Part shown: positions 1 to 9,108 of the stretch, one piece after another
How the letters are laid out: every line of letters begins with the position of its first letter
How positions within the stretch are numbered: the stretch's first letter is position 1
IMG/VR virus record: IMGVR_UViG_3300020044_007012
Location: 1 to 54,691 of that record
Strand: one strand, 5' to 3'
DNA: 54,691 nt
From: a virus
Lineage: Duplodnaviria; Caudoviricetes
The notes under the pieces: model-generated
What the model saw: only the letters and a program-made list of their open reading frames with translations
Told to the model about the DNA's origin: nothing
Databases searched by the model: none
Made by a program: the position numbers and the translations under genes

Positions 1-121
1 CCGCGTTCTTGACGTACATCTTGCGGTCAGCGGCGTTGACCGCCAGCTCGATGCCGTTGGCGTCGGTGTTCATGTTTGCCGCCAGCGGGACGTTGCCTGC
101 GGTGGTGGAGCCGTAAAGCTG
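1..121. repeat. Terminal direct repeat (121 bp, identical to 54571-54691); most likely a circular-assembly overlap
   Basis: ccgcgttcttgacg...ccgtaaagctg occurs at both ends, and an ORF reads continuously across the junction. Confidence 0.95.
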
Positions 122-148
122 GATGGGGGTTTTCCCGGTCTGTGCCAT
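1..148 (-). CDS. 5' part of a small virion/tail protein gene spanning the circular junction (MAQTGKTPIQLYGSTTAGNVPLAANMNTDANGIELAVN...)
   Basis: ATG at 148 with upstream AGAGG; the frame continues into the 54377..54643 ORF. Confidence 0.8.
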   Translation of the reverse strand, partial: MAQTGKTPIQLYGSTTAGNVPLAANMNTDANGIELAVNAADRKMYVKNA

Positions 149-165
149 GATTTTTCCTCTGAAAA

Positions 166-2940
166 TTAAAACGTGCCGCCCGAGACGCCGGACCAAACAG
201 GAACACTTGAGCCTGCCGATGTGAGCACCTGACCGGCAGCGCCGTTGGCGATGAACCCGGTCGCGCCAGCGCCGGTTTGATACGCGATCTGGGATGCTGC
301 GCCACCAGCCAGGTTCGTCGCCGTTGTCGCTGTTGTCGCCGAGCCCGCCGTGGTTGCCGTCGTGGCCGAGGTTGCGTTGCCGCTCAGCGCCGCCGTGATT
401 GTGCCCGCTGAAAAATTGCCCGACGCATCCCTGGCCACAACCTTGGAGGCGGTGTTGGCCGAGGTGGCGTCAACCGCCGCCGTCACCGCCGCCGAACCGT
501 TGTAGCTCGTTCCGGTCAAATAGGTGCCCAGCGTCAGTGCGTTCACTACAGAACCGGCCTGCGTGGCGTAGCCTGCCGACAGCGTGGACTGAGCACGGTT
601 CTCCCAGCGTTGATCCACTGCGTCGTACACAATGACGTCACCGGCAGACAGGGTGCCAAACTGCACGTTGCCGTCCGTGCCCCCGAGCACCGAACCAAAG
701 GTCGGGCGTACAAACAACACCCCGTTGGAGGTGCCCACATGCACCACCGCTGCAATCACGGCAATCGCGTTAGGGGTGTTGGGTTTTGTGGCGGTGAGCC
801 CGCCCGCTACGGTGGGGTCGTAGTACAAGACCTGACCCTGCGTGAATGCCGAGGTGTTGACACCTGTGATCTCGCCAAACTCGTAGACCGTGATCCAGTC
901 GTTTGTTGTGCCCGTTTGCGCCGCCACCCCAAGCAGGTAATTGGCCTGCTCAGCGGTCAGGCCTGTGGCGGGGGCGGCCTGCAGCCCGCCACTAGCACCC
1001 AGGGTGCCGGTAAACATGAGCACCTGGCCCTTGGTGGCGGGGGCGCTCAGTTTGACGCGGTAGAAAATTTCCTCACCCACGTGCTGAACCACCGCGCCGT
1101 TCATCTGGAAAGCCAGCGTCTGGTATATGTCCGAGTCGTCGTAGTACAAACGACCCGTGGCGTCTGTCACGGTGGCGGCGGTGTCAAACTGAATGAAGTC
1201 CGGACTGGAAACCCCGCCCGTCAGCGCGGTCATGGAGGTGATGTCGTTGTTGGCCCCCAGCACCGCAGCGGACAAATTCAGACGAGCCCCAGCCGCGTCC
1301 GTAGCCCCGGTACCGCCGTTGGCCACCACCAGAGTTCCGGCAAGCGTCACAGCGCCCGTTGTGGCCGTGGCTGGCGTCAGGCCAGTGGTGCCGCCACTAA
1401 ACGAAAGCACGCCCGTGTTGGCGATCGTGACCGCTGCAGAGCCGTTGTAAGACGTGCCCGACAGGCCGGTGCCGATTGTCAGCGCCTGCGAGGCCGTGGC
1501 CGTCACCGTTACCGAGCCACCAAGCGATACCGACGAGCCGTTAATGGTCACCGAGCTGTTGGCCAGCTGCGCGTTGCTTACGGTGCCAGACAGCTTGGAG
1601 GTGGCCAGCGAGGTGATCCAGGCCGGGTCGGCATAGCTGCCCGTGGTGTAAACCCCGTTAGTCACGGTGCCCGCGTTGCCACTGATGCTGATACCCCACG
1701 TGCCCGTAGCGCCCACGCCCGAGGCCGAGGGTGCGCCCACATCGGCGTAGTCCAGCACGACCGCGCCGACCTCACCGTTGACCGAGGTCACGGTGTTGCT
1801 TTGGTCAATCTTCTGCCACTCAGCGCCGTTGAAGATGGCCCAGTCGCCGACCTGCCAATCGGTGATGCCGTTGAGGTTGGTGGAGCCCGCCACGCTGACG
1901 GTGTAGTAGTTGCCGTTGGTGCCGACGCTTGACGTCAAAGTCGGGGTGTTGGTGCTCGCATTCCAGTTTCCCTTGTACTCAAGGCCGCCGGTAAAACTCG
2001 TGGAGGTGATCGAGGTCACCACGCCCTTGGCGTTCACGGTGATGATAGGGATGGCGGTAAGCGAGCCATAAGAGCCTGCAACGGCTCCCGAGTTGGGCAG
2101 GTCTGCGTTCACCATTGACCGGAATGTCGGGTCGGCCGCACCACCAAACTCTGGCCCAGCAAAAATGAAATTTGAAGTGACCGGGGTCAAAACCAGCGAA
2201 GAGCCCCAAGTCGGCGCACCGGTACCGCCGGACACCAGCACCTGACCAAATACGCCCGCCGTGCTCACGTAAAGCCCATCACCGCCGGACCAAACAACAG
2301 CGCCAGGCTGCATGGTGAGGCTCCGGCCGGTACCGCCTTGGTCAATTGGCAGGATGCCGTCGATCTGGGTCTGATCGGCCAGGTCCAAAGCCGGGTGGCG
2401 GTGGTCCGAGCGCGACAAGGTCAGCGCAGCACCAGCCGAGCCGGATCCGGTACCGGTAAGCGGCGTGCCGCCGTAACTCACAGCAAGCGTGACGTTTGAG
2501 GACAAAGGGCCGCCGCCCGTGAGGCCATCTCCTGCGATCACCTCGCGGCTGGTGGGCACGTAGCCGGAAATCAAGATCGGCACCGATGTGGCCGCCATCA
2601 CGCGACCCGTGGCGTCCACGGTGAACTGAGGCACATTCGAGCCGTCTCCGTATACACCAGGCGTCACGCCAGAGGCCGCAAGCTGCGCGGTACCGATGCC
2701 GCCGGGAGCAACCGACAGCGTCACGTTCGAGGACAAAGCCCCGCCGCCTGTAAGCCCCGTGCCAGCAATAACCTGGCGCGAGGTTGGCACACCGGCCACC
2801 TGCAGCAAGTCTCCTGCGCGGATTTTGTAGGTCACGCCGTTGTAGACGCCGACCAACAACGTGTCCTCTGACGGCAGCGTTACCGGAACCGGCAGGTTCG
2901 TAATGCTGATCGGGATGAGGTTTGATGGGACTTGGGCCAT
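166..2940 (-). CDS. Tail fibre-like virion structural protein (924 aa)
   Basis: Gly/Thr/Ser/Ala-rich with repeated AGTGLTGGG, GGTG and YKGNWNASTNTP segments typical of phage fibres; lies in the structural operon. Confidence 0.75.
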   Translation of the reverse strand: MAQVPSNLIPISITNLPVPVTLPSEDTLLVGVYNGVTYKIRAGDLLQVAGVPTSRQVIAGTGLTGGGALSSNVTLSVAPGGIGTAQLAASGVTPGVYGDGSNVPQFTVDATGRVMAATSVPILISGYVPTSREVIAGDGLTGGGPLSSNVTLAVSYGGTPLTGTGSGSAGAALTLSRSDHRHPALDLADQTQIDGILPIDQGGTGRSLTMQPGAVVWSGGDGLYVSTAGVFGQVLVSGGTGAPTWGSSLVLTPVTSNFIFAGPEFGGAADPTFRSMVNADLPNSGAVAGSYGSLTAIPIITVNAKGVVTSITSTSFTGGLEYKGNWNASTNTPTLTSSVGTNGNYYTVSVAGSTNLNGITDWQVGDWAIFNGAEWQKIDQSNTVTSVNGEVGAVVLDYADVGAPSASGVGATGTWGISISGNAGTVTNGVYTTGSYADPAWITSLATSKLSGTVSNAQLANSSVTINGSSVSLGGSVTVTATASQALTIGTGLSGTSYNGSAAVTIANTGVLSFSGGTTGLTPATATTGAVTLAGTLVVANGGTGATDAAGARLNLSAAVLGANNDITSMTALTGGVSSPDFIQFDTAATVTDATGRLYYDDSDIYQTLAFQMNGAVVQHVGEEIFYRVKLSAPATKGQVLMFTGTLGASGGLQAAPATGLTAEQANYLLGVAAQTGTTNDWITVYEFGEITGVNTSAFTQGQVLYYDPTVAGGLTATKPNTPNAIAVIAAVVHVGTSNGVLFVRPTFGSVLGGTDGNVQFGTLSAGDVIVYDAVDQRWENRAQSTLSAGYATQAGSVVNALTLGTYLTGTSYNGSAAVTAAVDATSANTASKVVARDASGNFSAGTITAALSGNATSATTATTAGSATTATTATNLAGGAASQIAYQTGAGATGFIANGAAGQVLTSAGSSVPVWSGVSGGTF

Positions 2941-2943
2941 TTT

Positions 2944-3252
2944 TTAATCCACAACGAACAGGAACCGTTGCCCGTCCTCAGAAACAATGAACTGCGTGCC
3001 GTCCTGCGTGATCAGGCCCGAAGGGTTGGTGGTCACAGGCACATCCGGACGCACAAACGGCAGCACGATCTGGTCCTCTTTGCGTGGGGCCAGTCGATAA
3101 GGGTCGTAGTCGTCCGTGTCCTCGTCGCACACCATGAGCGCCGGGTAATTGGGATCCGGGTGCAGATCGGCCAGCACAAACTTGCGCGAGCAGCGCGCGC
3201 AAATGCCAAGCCCGTAGGTTGATTCGCCGGAGGGGTCAATGAAGCGCGGCAT
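2944..3252 (-). CDS. Hypothetical virion-associated protein with CxxC (102 aa)
   Basis: Tightly packed in the operon; GICARCS motif. Confidence 0.7.
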   Translation of the reverse strand: MPRFIDPSGESTYGLGICARCSRKFVLADLHPDPNYPALMVCDEDTDDYDPYRLAPRKEDQIVLPFVRPDVPVTTNPSGLITQDGTQFIVSEDGQRFLFVVD

Positions 3253-3255
3253 GGC

Positions 3256-4248
3256 TTACCTCGTGTAGCAACCGATGCCGGGATTAATGTACGTCGGCGA
3301 GCCGTCGTTGTCGCCGTCCCACGCGGCCTGACGCGCCACAATCCATTTCTGGTCAAGCGCAGGAATCAGAGCAGCCTCCACTTGAGGTGTCTCTGCGGCA
3401 ACGCGAGCGGCCAATCCAGAAACGATGGCCTCAAGCCAGCGCTGAGGCACCTCAACGTCTTGGCGCAGGTTTTCCGTGTCCATGATGTGGCGGTGACGCC
3501 AGACGATCAGCTGCTGGTGCTCAGCGGCAAGATTCGGGCTTGGCCACAGGTTCATCACCGGGCGGGGCAGGTCGCGCTGGAACCAGTAGGTCAGCGGTCG
3601 GCCCAAGAACACCTTGTTGCTCTGCGCCACGTAGGTGTCGCGGTTCAATGGGCCCATGGGGATTTCCTGCGGCAGCGTGCCCAGGTAAACCTCTTCGAGA
3701 AGCATTGGGGCAGTGCTGGTGATGCGAAAAAACTCGCGAGCGCGAGCAGGGACAATATCGGTCCAGGTCCACTCGCCAGCCGCCGCAGCCGTTGTCTGCG
3801 TGCCGACCGGGGCCCAAATGATGCCGTCGGTCGATGTCTCAAATGTCAGGTCAACCGCCGCACCAAGCCACTTCATGCCCACCGTGTTGACCGTGCCCAC
3901 GCCACCGTCCTGGTCTGTGAAGTCCACCGTGTAGCTGGTGGGCAGCGACACCGTGGCTCCGGTCAGCTCCTGCAGCGTGCGCAGGTTGGCGTTCAAAACC
4001 TCAACGGTGCCGTTGGTCAGCGTGACGATGGGCTGACCCTCGTAAAACGGGTAAATCTGGCGCTCAATGCACCAGCTTGGGGTCTTGGTGTTGGCCAGCT
4101 CGCTGAGCAGCAAATACAGGGCCTCGAGTGCATAAGACTGCATCTCAGACGTGATGGCTTGGGCTGGCAAGCGGCAACGACGAAATGCGGTGTCGACCAC
4201 CTTAAGTGCGTTGAATGTCGTGTTGCTGATGCTGCCGGAAAAGGCCAT
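3256..4248 (-). CDS. Putative head-tail adaptor / tail tubular A-like protein (330 aa)
   Basis: N-terminal helical AFRRC..ALEALYLLLSELAN and C-terminal GRP..YW...LWPSP...VPQRWLEAIVSGLA pattern; position downstream of the capsid genes. Confidence 0.55.
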   Translation of the reverse strand: MAFSGSISNTTFNALKVVDTAFRRCRLPAQAITSEMQSYALEALYLLLSELANTKTPSWCIERQIYPFYEGQPIVTLTNGTVEVLNANLRTLQELTGATVSLPTSYTVDFTDQDGGVGTVNTVGMKWLGAAVDLTFETSTDGIIWAPVGTQTTAAAAGEWTWTDIVPARAREFFRITSTAPMLLEEVYLGTLPQEIPMGPLNRDTYVAQSNKVFLGRPLTYWFQRDLPRPVMNLWPSPNLAAEHQQLIVWRHRHIMDTENLRQDVEVPQRWLEAIVSGLAARVAAETPQVEAALIPALDQKWIVARQAAWDGDNDGSPTYINPGIGCYTR

Positions 4249-4306
4249 GCTAACTCCGTGTTTGGTCGTCAGATGGCCGCCGATTCAGCGCGCCCAAGTT
4301 TTGGAA

Positions 4307-4336
4307 ATTATAGGTCAGGGGACCCAAAATGCTCAA
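4307..4336 (-). promoter_or_regulatory. Sigma70-like promoter (TTGAGC-18-TATAAT)
   Basis: Perfect TATAAT at 4312-4307 in a gacctataat context also seen at 8063 and 49229. Confidence 0.5.
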
Positions 4337-4876
4337 TCAGTACTTGCCAGCCTTGCCGCCGCACATCATCTTGGACACCTTGCCGCCAGACTTCATGGCC
4401 AGCATCGGCTCTTTGGATGCGACAGGCACAGAACGGCGAGCTGGGGCCTCAACCTTGCGGCGTGTCTCCATAGCCTCGCGGCGCATATTTGGCGTGGCCG
4501 CCATCTCGCGCTTGTCCATCGCCTCAACGCGCGCCACTTTGCCGCCCTTGGCCAGCTTGGTCAGCGGCTCACCCTTGTGCAGAGCTTTTTCGTGCTTGTG
4601 CACAGCTTTGGCCATGTTTTTCTTGTCCATCGCCACATCCTCATGCACTGCACCGCCCTTGGCCAGCTTCAATGTGGGCAGGTCTGGTGCCACGGGCTTG
4701 GAGCCCTTGATGCCAGGATTCTTGTTGCCCTTGATGCCAAGCGCGCTCTTGTCCGCGATCATGGTCGGACCCTTGAAACCGGGGCTTTTGACAGCGCCAC
4801 CCTTGGCGTATTTCACCGCGCCGCCATCGGCTTTTTTGGTGCCGAAGTCGAACTCTTTAACGTATGTGCAGCCCAT
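4337..4876 (-). CDS. Basic Lys-rich protein with multiple xAxGG repeats (179 aa); possible internal/core protein
   Basis: KADGG, YAKGG, LAKGG x2, MKSGG and MCGG motifs. Confidence 0.7.
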   Translation of the reverse strand: MGCTYVKEFDFGTKKADGGAVKYAKGGAVKSPGFKGPTMIADKSALGIKGNKNPGIKGSKPVAPDLPTLKLAKGGAVHEDVAMDKKNMAKAVHKHEKALHKGEPLTKLAKGGKVARVEAMDKREMAATPNMRREAMETRRKVEAPARRSVPVASKEPMLAMKSGGKVSKMMCGGKAGKY

Positions 4877-4888
4877 GATGTGCTCCAG

Positions 4889-5134
4889 TCAATTGCGCTC
4901 GTTTATTGGCGCTTTAAGGTTGTCGATTTTTCGCTCAAGCCGATCAAATCGGTCGAGTAACTGTTGCATGTCCGCCCTGAACTCAGCGCGGGTGATGTGG
5001 TCTCTTGCAACCTCCTCGCGGGTGCGGTTGAGCAAGATGCCGAGACGAGAAATCTCGTCAAACTTGCCTTTAAGCAAAAAACCCATGACGGCCACCACTG
5101 AGCTCAAGACAATATTCCAGACCATCATTTCCAT
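4889..5134 (-). CDS. Hypothetical protein with N-terminal TM helix and coiled coil (81 aa)
   Basis: Hydrophobic N-terminus; in operon. Confidence 0.7.
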   Translation of the reverse strand: MEMMVWNIVLSSVVAVMGFLLKGKFDEISRLGILLNRTREEVARDHITRAEFRADMQQLLDRFDRLERKIDNLKAPINERN

Positions 5135-5149
5135 GTTTGATGGCTCCGG

Positions 5150-5413
5150 TCATGTGTAGGCAACATTCACGGTACCGGCCGCAACAACCACCAGGCCATT
5201 GTTTGCCGAAATACCGTGGCTTGCCCACGTGGCAATCTCACCGACCGCCATGGTCTTGGTATAGAGGATGTTGCCGCTGGCTGCTGCTGCGCTGTCGTAG
5301 ACCGTGACCGCGCCCGCAACAATGCAGGTCACGGAAAACAGTCCGGCGGGGGTTGGCTTGATCACAACGGTTGCGGCTGCAACCTGCTGATAGCCTAGTT
5401 TGTCGACGATCAT
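5150..5413 (-). CDS. Small virion protein, hypothetical (87 aa)
   Basis: Beta-rich; start overlaps the upstream stop. Confidence 0.7.
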   Translation of the reverse strand: MIVDKLGYQQVAAATVVIKPTPAGLFSVTCIVAGAVTVYDSAAAASGNILYTKTMAVGEIATWASHGISANNGLVVVAAGTVNVAYT

Positions 5414-5553
5414 TTCTTGCTCCCTTTAGGCTTGGTGGCAGCCTTGGGCTTATCGTCGGCGGGTGTCTTTGCGTCGTCAGCTGCGGGCTGTTCGACCGGG
5501 ACACCACGCTCGGCGAGCTCTTCGGCTGAGGCGGGGGTGAATTTGATACCCAT
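5410..5553 (-). CDS. Hypothetical protein (47 aa, MGIKFTPAS...)
   Basis: ATG at 5553 with CAGGAG SD. Confidence 0.6.
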   Translation of the reverse strand: MGIKFTPASAEELAERGVPVEQPAADDAKTPADDKPKAATKPKGSKK

Positions 5554-5567
5554 GCGACGCTCCTGAA

Positions 5568-5810
5568 TCAGGCTGCGGCAATAGTGGTGCCAGCGGGAGA
5601 GATCCAGTTTGTGCCGTTGCTCACCGCAATGCACGGCGCACCGGCCAGGCCGTTGCTCACGTAGATCGTAGTGCCGGTCAAGCCGGTAGCGGCAGGAGCG
5701 CTGGCCACAGTGTAGGCGGGCAGCTGAACCGCGCCAATGACGTCACCCGTCACGTCGCCCACGAAGCCGTTGGTGGAAGTAACTGGACCGGAGAAGGTAG
5801 TAGAAGCCAT
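5568..5810 (-). CDS. Putative head decoration/fibre protein (80 aa, MASTTFSGPV...)
   Basis: Directly downstream of the major capsid gene; GAGGA SD. Confidence 0.6.
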   Translation of the reverse strand: MASTTFSGPVTSTNGFVGDVTGDVIGAVQLPAYTVASAPAATGLTGTTIYVSNGLAGAPCIAVSNGTNWISPAGTTIAAA

Positions 5811-5900
5811 GATGATTTCCTCACATGCGAGTTATGCGCAGCCGTCTGCATGTCGTCGGCCTGGGCGGGCCGTCTGCTGCGCGAAAAAAGGTGCCCAACA

Positions 5901-5927
5901 AAACCCCCGCCACAAGGGCAGGGGTTT
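5901..5927 (-). terminator. Rho-independent terminator after the major capsid gene
   Basis: Minus-strand hairpin aaacccctgcc-cttgt-ggcgggggttt followed by a T-rich tract. Confidence 0.65.
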
Positions 5928-5938
5928 CAGTTGGCATC

Positions 5939-6853
5939 TTAGACGCCAGCGGTACCGAACACGCCGCGTGGGTCAGTCCAGCCCAGAACGTAACGCTCTG
6001 TGGCCTTGTAACGCATGCTGTCGGTTTCGAAGTCGCCTTCCATGGATTTCTCCAGGCCGCGACGCATCAACAGTTTCAGACCTTCGGGGGCGTCGGTCTG
6101 AATCCACCAGGCTGTGGTGGAGGTGATACGCGAGAGGTTGGCTTGGCCATCGGCCAGCAAGCCCATCGACTTCACAGGGTTGATGTCGTTGTCAGCGGTG
6201 CCTGTACGCAGCACAGACTTCAGCAAAACCTCAGCCTGGAACACGTTGGAAGGACCGGAGACGATCTTCTTGGGTGTCAAGCGAATACGCTTACCGTTGT
6301 TGTCAACAGCGTTGCGGATCTGGATGAGCATCTGCTCCAAGGAGGTCTGCGACAAGGCAGCGGCTGTGGCCAGCTGGTTGCTGAATGTGCCGTTGACGAT
6401 GGGGTGAGCCGTAGAAACCAAGGCCACGCCGTCACCACCGGTGTACGCGCCGTTGAAGGCACGGTTCAGGATGTTGGCTGCCAGAGTCTCTTTGGTCTCG
6501 ATCAGAGACTGCGCCAGGTGCTTGGCGTAGGTCTGACCGATACGGATGTGGTCGCCGTCTTCAACCAAAACTTTGGTCAAAGCGAAGGCCAAGCCGTACA
6601 CCTTGTAGAGGTAGCGCTGCAGGAACAGGACGCCACCGGATTGGTAGGTCACTGCCATGCCGTCAGGCAGCTCAGGCGCAGCACCGAAGCCGTACAAGAC
6701 GGGCTCTTCGTGGTAGTTGCGTGGGATGCCTTTTTGCTCGCGGAACACTTGTTTCCACTCGTCAGCACGTTGCTCATAAACGCCGTCGAACACTTCGTTC
6801 AAGATCGGCTCGACTACGGAACGGAAGTCCGTACTACGCATTGGGGTTGCCAT
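5939..6853 (-). CDS. Major capsid protein (304 aa)
   Basis: Size, position after scaffold and decoration genes, and motifs GFGAAP, DGVAL.S.AHP and EGDFET..MRYKA.ERY..GW.DPRG. Confidence 0.88.
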   Translation of the reverse strand: MATPMRSTDFRSVVEPILNEVFDGVYEQRADEWKQVFREQKGIPRNYHEEPVLYGFGAAPELPDGMAVTYQSGGVLFLQRYLYKVYGLAFALTKVLVEDGDHIRIGQTYAKHLAQSLIETKETLAANILNRAFNGAYTGGDGVALVSTAHPIVNGTFSNQLATAAALSQTSLEQMLIQIRNAVDNNGKRIRLTPKKIVSGPSNVFQAEVLLKSVLRTGTADNDINPVKSMGLLADGQANLSRITSTTAWWIQTDAPEGLKLLMRRGLEKSMEGDFETDSMRYKATERYVLGWTDPRGVFGTAGV

Positions 6854-6866
6854 GGTTCAGCCCTCC

Positions 6867-7466
6867 TTAGATGCTGTTGACGGCTGCTTTGTAGGCGTGT
6901 TCGTTGATGCGAACAGTGGCCGTGACATAAGCGTCAGTCAGCGAGTCGTTGATGTTGTATCCGAAGCCGGTGATCTGGAACTGGCCAGATGTGGTTTGGA
7001 TGGCGGTGAGTTGTGTGTTGGACAGGCCCGTCTGGGTGCTGCCGCCAGGGGAGGCAACAGTCCAGTCGCACTCTTCGCCCACTGCGGTTTGCACCGTGGT
7101 GGAGCCAGGAGTACCTGGGTTGGTGTACTGAACGTCAAACAGCGTTTCTGGATCGTCGTACACCCAAGCCACGATGTTGGTAGCCGTGACGCCGGAGGGC
7201 CAGAAGGGGCTGATGGTGGGGCGGCCAGTGGCATCGTTGTACTGGCAACCGGCGAAGATACCCAGGAGGGTGATGCCGTCGGTGGTGCCAGAACGGGTGC
7301 CGTCAGAGGTGCCCAGTTGAATAACGCCAGCGTCAGTCAACTTCACGGGGTCACCCGAGAAGATGTTGGCGGCGTAGGTGCTTGCTACGGTGTAGGCCTT
7401 CGGACGCATCTGACCACTGTTGTGGTAAGAGGCGCGAAAGCCAAAAGGTGCGCTTGTCGAGGACAT
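6867..7466 (-). CDS. Capsid-associated/decoration protein (199 aa)
   Basis: APFGFR...IF.GD.V...GIF.GC.Y...DDP motif set typical of the gene just upstream of this MCP type. Confidence 0.65.
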   Translation of the reverse strand: MSSTSAPFGFRASYHNSGQMRPKAYTVASTYAANIFSGDPVKLTDAGVIQLGTSDGTRSGTTDGITLLGIFAGCQYNDATGRPTISPFWPSGVTATNIVAWVYDDPETLFDVQYTNPGTPGSTTVQTAVGEECDWTVASPGGSTQTGLSNTQLTAIQTTSGQFQITGFGYNINDSLTDAYVTATVRINEHAYKAAVNSI

Positions 7467-7503
7467 AGTGCGGACTCCTTGTGGGTTGAATGGACTGAAC
7501 TGT

Positions 7504-8034
7504 TCAGGTCAGCTCGAACTGAGCGGACCGTCTTTGTCCAATTTCCGTCATGCCATCACCCGCATCCATACGCGAGCCAGAGGCGCGCGCTTGCTGCTCC
7601 ATGAACTCCGCCGTGTCGGTCAGCTTTTCCTCTTCGCGCAACGGCGCGTCGTGGTGAGCTTCCTGCATGTACTTCTCGTACAGGCTGATCGGGAGTTTGA
7701 AAGCGAGCATCTCATTGACGCCGATGAAGCCTTGCCAGTCGCCCGTTTTCACGGTGACATAGTCCCAGCCAGGCACATCGCTTGGCTTCAAAGGCTCATA
7801 ACCCAGACGCATACGCATGTGGATGGAGTCACGAGGGTTCGAGGTGGTCAGCCAGCAGCAATGCCAGCCGTCGAGTTTTGGCAAGTCCGGAAGTGAGGAC
7901 TGGTGGAACTGCTGTCGGAACATTTCAACCCGCTCATCATCGGACAGGGCACGTGATTCGGATACGGCGCGATCTACCATTGCGCGGTTGTCACGGTTGT
8001 CACCAGCGGATTTCTTTAAGCGTTCGTCAGACAT
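7504..8034 (-). CDS. Head-operon hypothetical protein (176 aa)
   Basis: Strong SD; between scaffold and capsid genes. Confidence 0.75.
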   Translation of the reverse strand: MSDERLKKSAGDNRDNRAMVDRAVSESRALSDDERVEMFRQQFHQSSLPDLPKLDGWHCCWLTTSNPRDSIHMRMRLGYEPLKPSDVPGWDYVTVKTGDWQGFIGVNEMLAFKLPISLYEKYMQEAHHDAPLREEEKLTDTAEFMEQQARASGSRMDAGDGMTEIGQRRSAQFELT

Positions 8035-8099
8035 GTCTCGCTCCTTTCAGCGATTGGGAAAAATTATAGGTCGAATTTGGAAAAACACAACGCGATTTT

Positions 8100-9080
8100 T
8101 TACGCGCGGTTGTTGCGGTCATATTCCGCGTAGCGTTTTACGTATTTTGTGCGCAGGACAGGATCGTCCCAAACACCAGCGTCAATCAAGGCCTGCTTGC
8201 GCTCAGGGCTTACATAAACCTCGGTCCGGGTGCTGGTCGGCGCGTGCTCGCGGCCGGAGCCGATTGCTGGGCCGCCGCGTTGTTGGCGCGGAGCTTGCTG
8301 CGACTGCTGGCGTGGGCTGGCCTGTGGCTTGCGGGACTCACCAAATCGCTCGGGCAGACGGCGCGCAGCTCGGTCGCGCAGCTCGTCCCAGTACTCCTCG
8401 GTGTCGGGCTTGAAGCCCTCGCGCACCAAAGCGCCGTCGATGGCCAAAACGATTGCGCTGTCCTCGTCCTTGCCTTGCATGTCATACCAGGGGTTGTCCT
8501 GAATGAACTCCTTGGCGTAGTGCATGGTCATGTCGTCCATGCCTTCGGATTGCTTGGCTGGACGCTGCTGGGCAGCTTGCTGCTTTGCAAACGCCAACTG
8601 TTGCGCTTTTTGCAAGGCTTGGTCGCGGTAGCGCATGGCCTGCGTGACGTCCTCGCCGTTGCCAGCGGCCACAGCCTTGGCGATCACTCGCTCTGCCATC
8701 TCCGCTTCGTTTTTCGCTTGGCTGATCTGCACATCGATCTGCGAGAGGTCGGCTTGGTGCGTGCGCTGCTCCACGGTACCCAGGCGGCGCTCAAGATCGT
8801 CATTGCGCTTGCGCAGGAAGCTCAGCTCCAGCTTGTCGCGGCTGATGGCTTCGTCGCGGCGCTTTTTGCGATCGAGTTTTTCCAGGCGGCGGCGCTCACG
8901 GATTGCCTCGCGCTCGGCATCTGTGCCGTCGCCTTGGTTGCCTTCGTCGTCGTTGCCAGACAGGCGTGCGTCGCCGTCGTCGTCGTTTTCGTCTTGGTTT
9001 TGGTTACCGTTTGGCTGGTCCTCAACGATGACGATTTCTTCGTTGTCGGGCTTGCCGTCGTCTTCGGTCATGAGTGGCAT
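8100..9080 (-). CDS. Putative scaffolding protein (326 aa)
   Basis: Acidic N-terminus, long coiled coil, basic C-terminal helix; position between portal and capsid. Confidence 0.7.
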   Translation of the reverse strand: MPLMTEDDGKPDNEEIVIVEDQPNGNQNQDENDDDGDARLSGNDDEGNQGDGTDAEREAIRERRRLEKLDRKKRRDEAISRDKLELSFLRKRNDDLERRLGTVEQRTHQADLSQIDVQISQAKNEAEMAERVIAKAVAAGNGEDVTQAMRYRDQALQKAQQLAFAKQQAAQQRPAKQSEGMDDMTMHYAKEFIQDNPWYDMQGKDEDSAIVLAIDGALVREGFKPDTEEYWDELRDRAARRLPERFGESRKPQASPRQQSQQAPRQQRGGPAIGSGREHAPTSTRTEVYVSPERKQALIDAGVWDDPVLRTKYVKRYAEYDRNNRA

Positions 9081-9108
9081 GGTCTGCTCCTTTCAGCAGG
9101 GTGGTGGG

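Noticed and set aside
1-121. 121-bp terminal repeat as a biological direct terminal repeat
   Set aside because: It falls in the middle of a gene and has the character of an assembler k-mer overlap; it shows circularity, not physical genome ends
610-1932. Long antisense ORFs (610..1932, 5825..6880, 11132..12415, 14679..16022, 16752..18245 and others)
   Set aside because: These are shadows of real opposite-strand genes in GC-rich DNA, with no recognisable motifs
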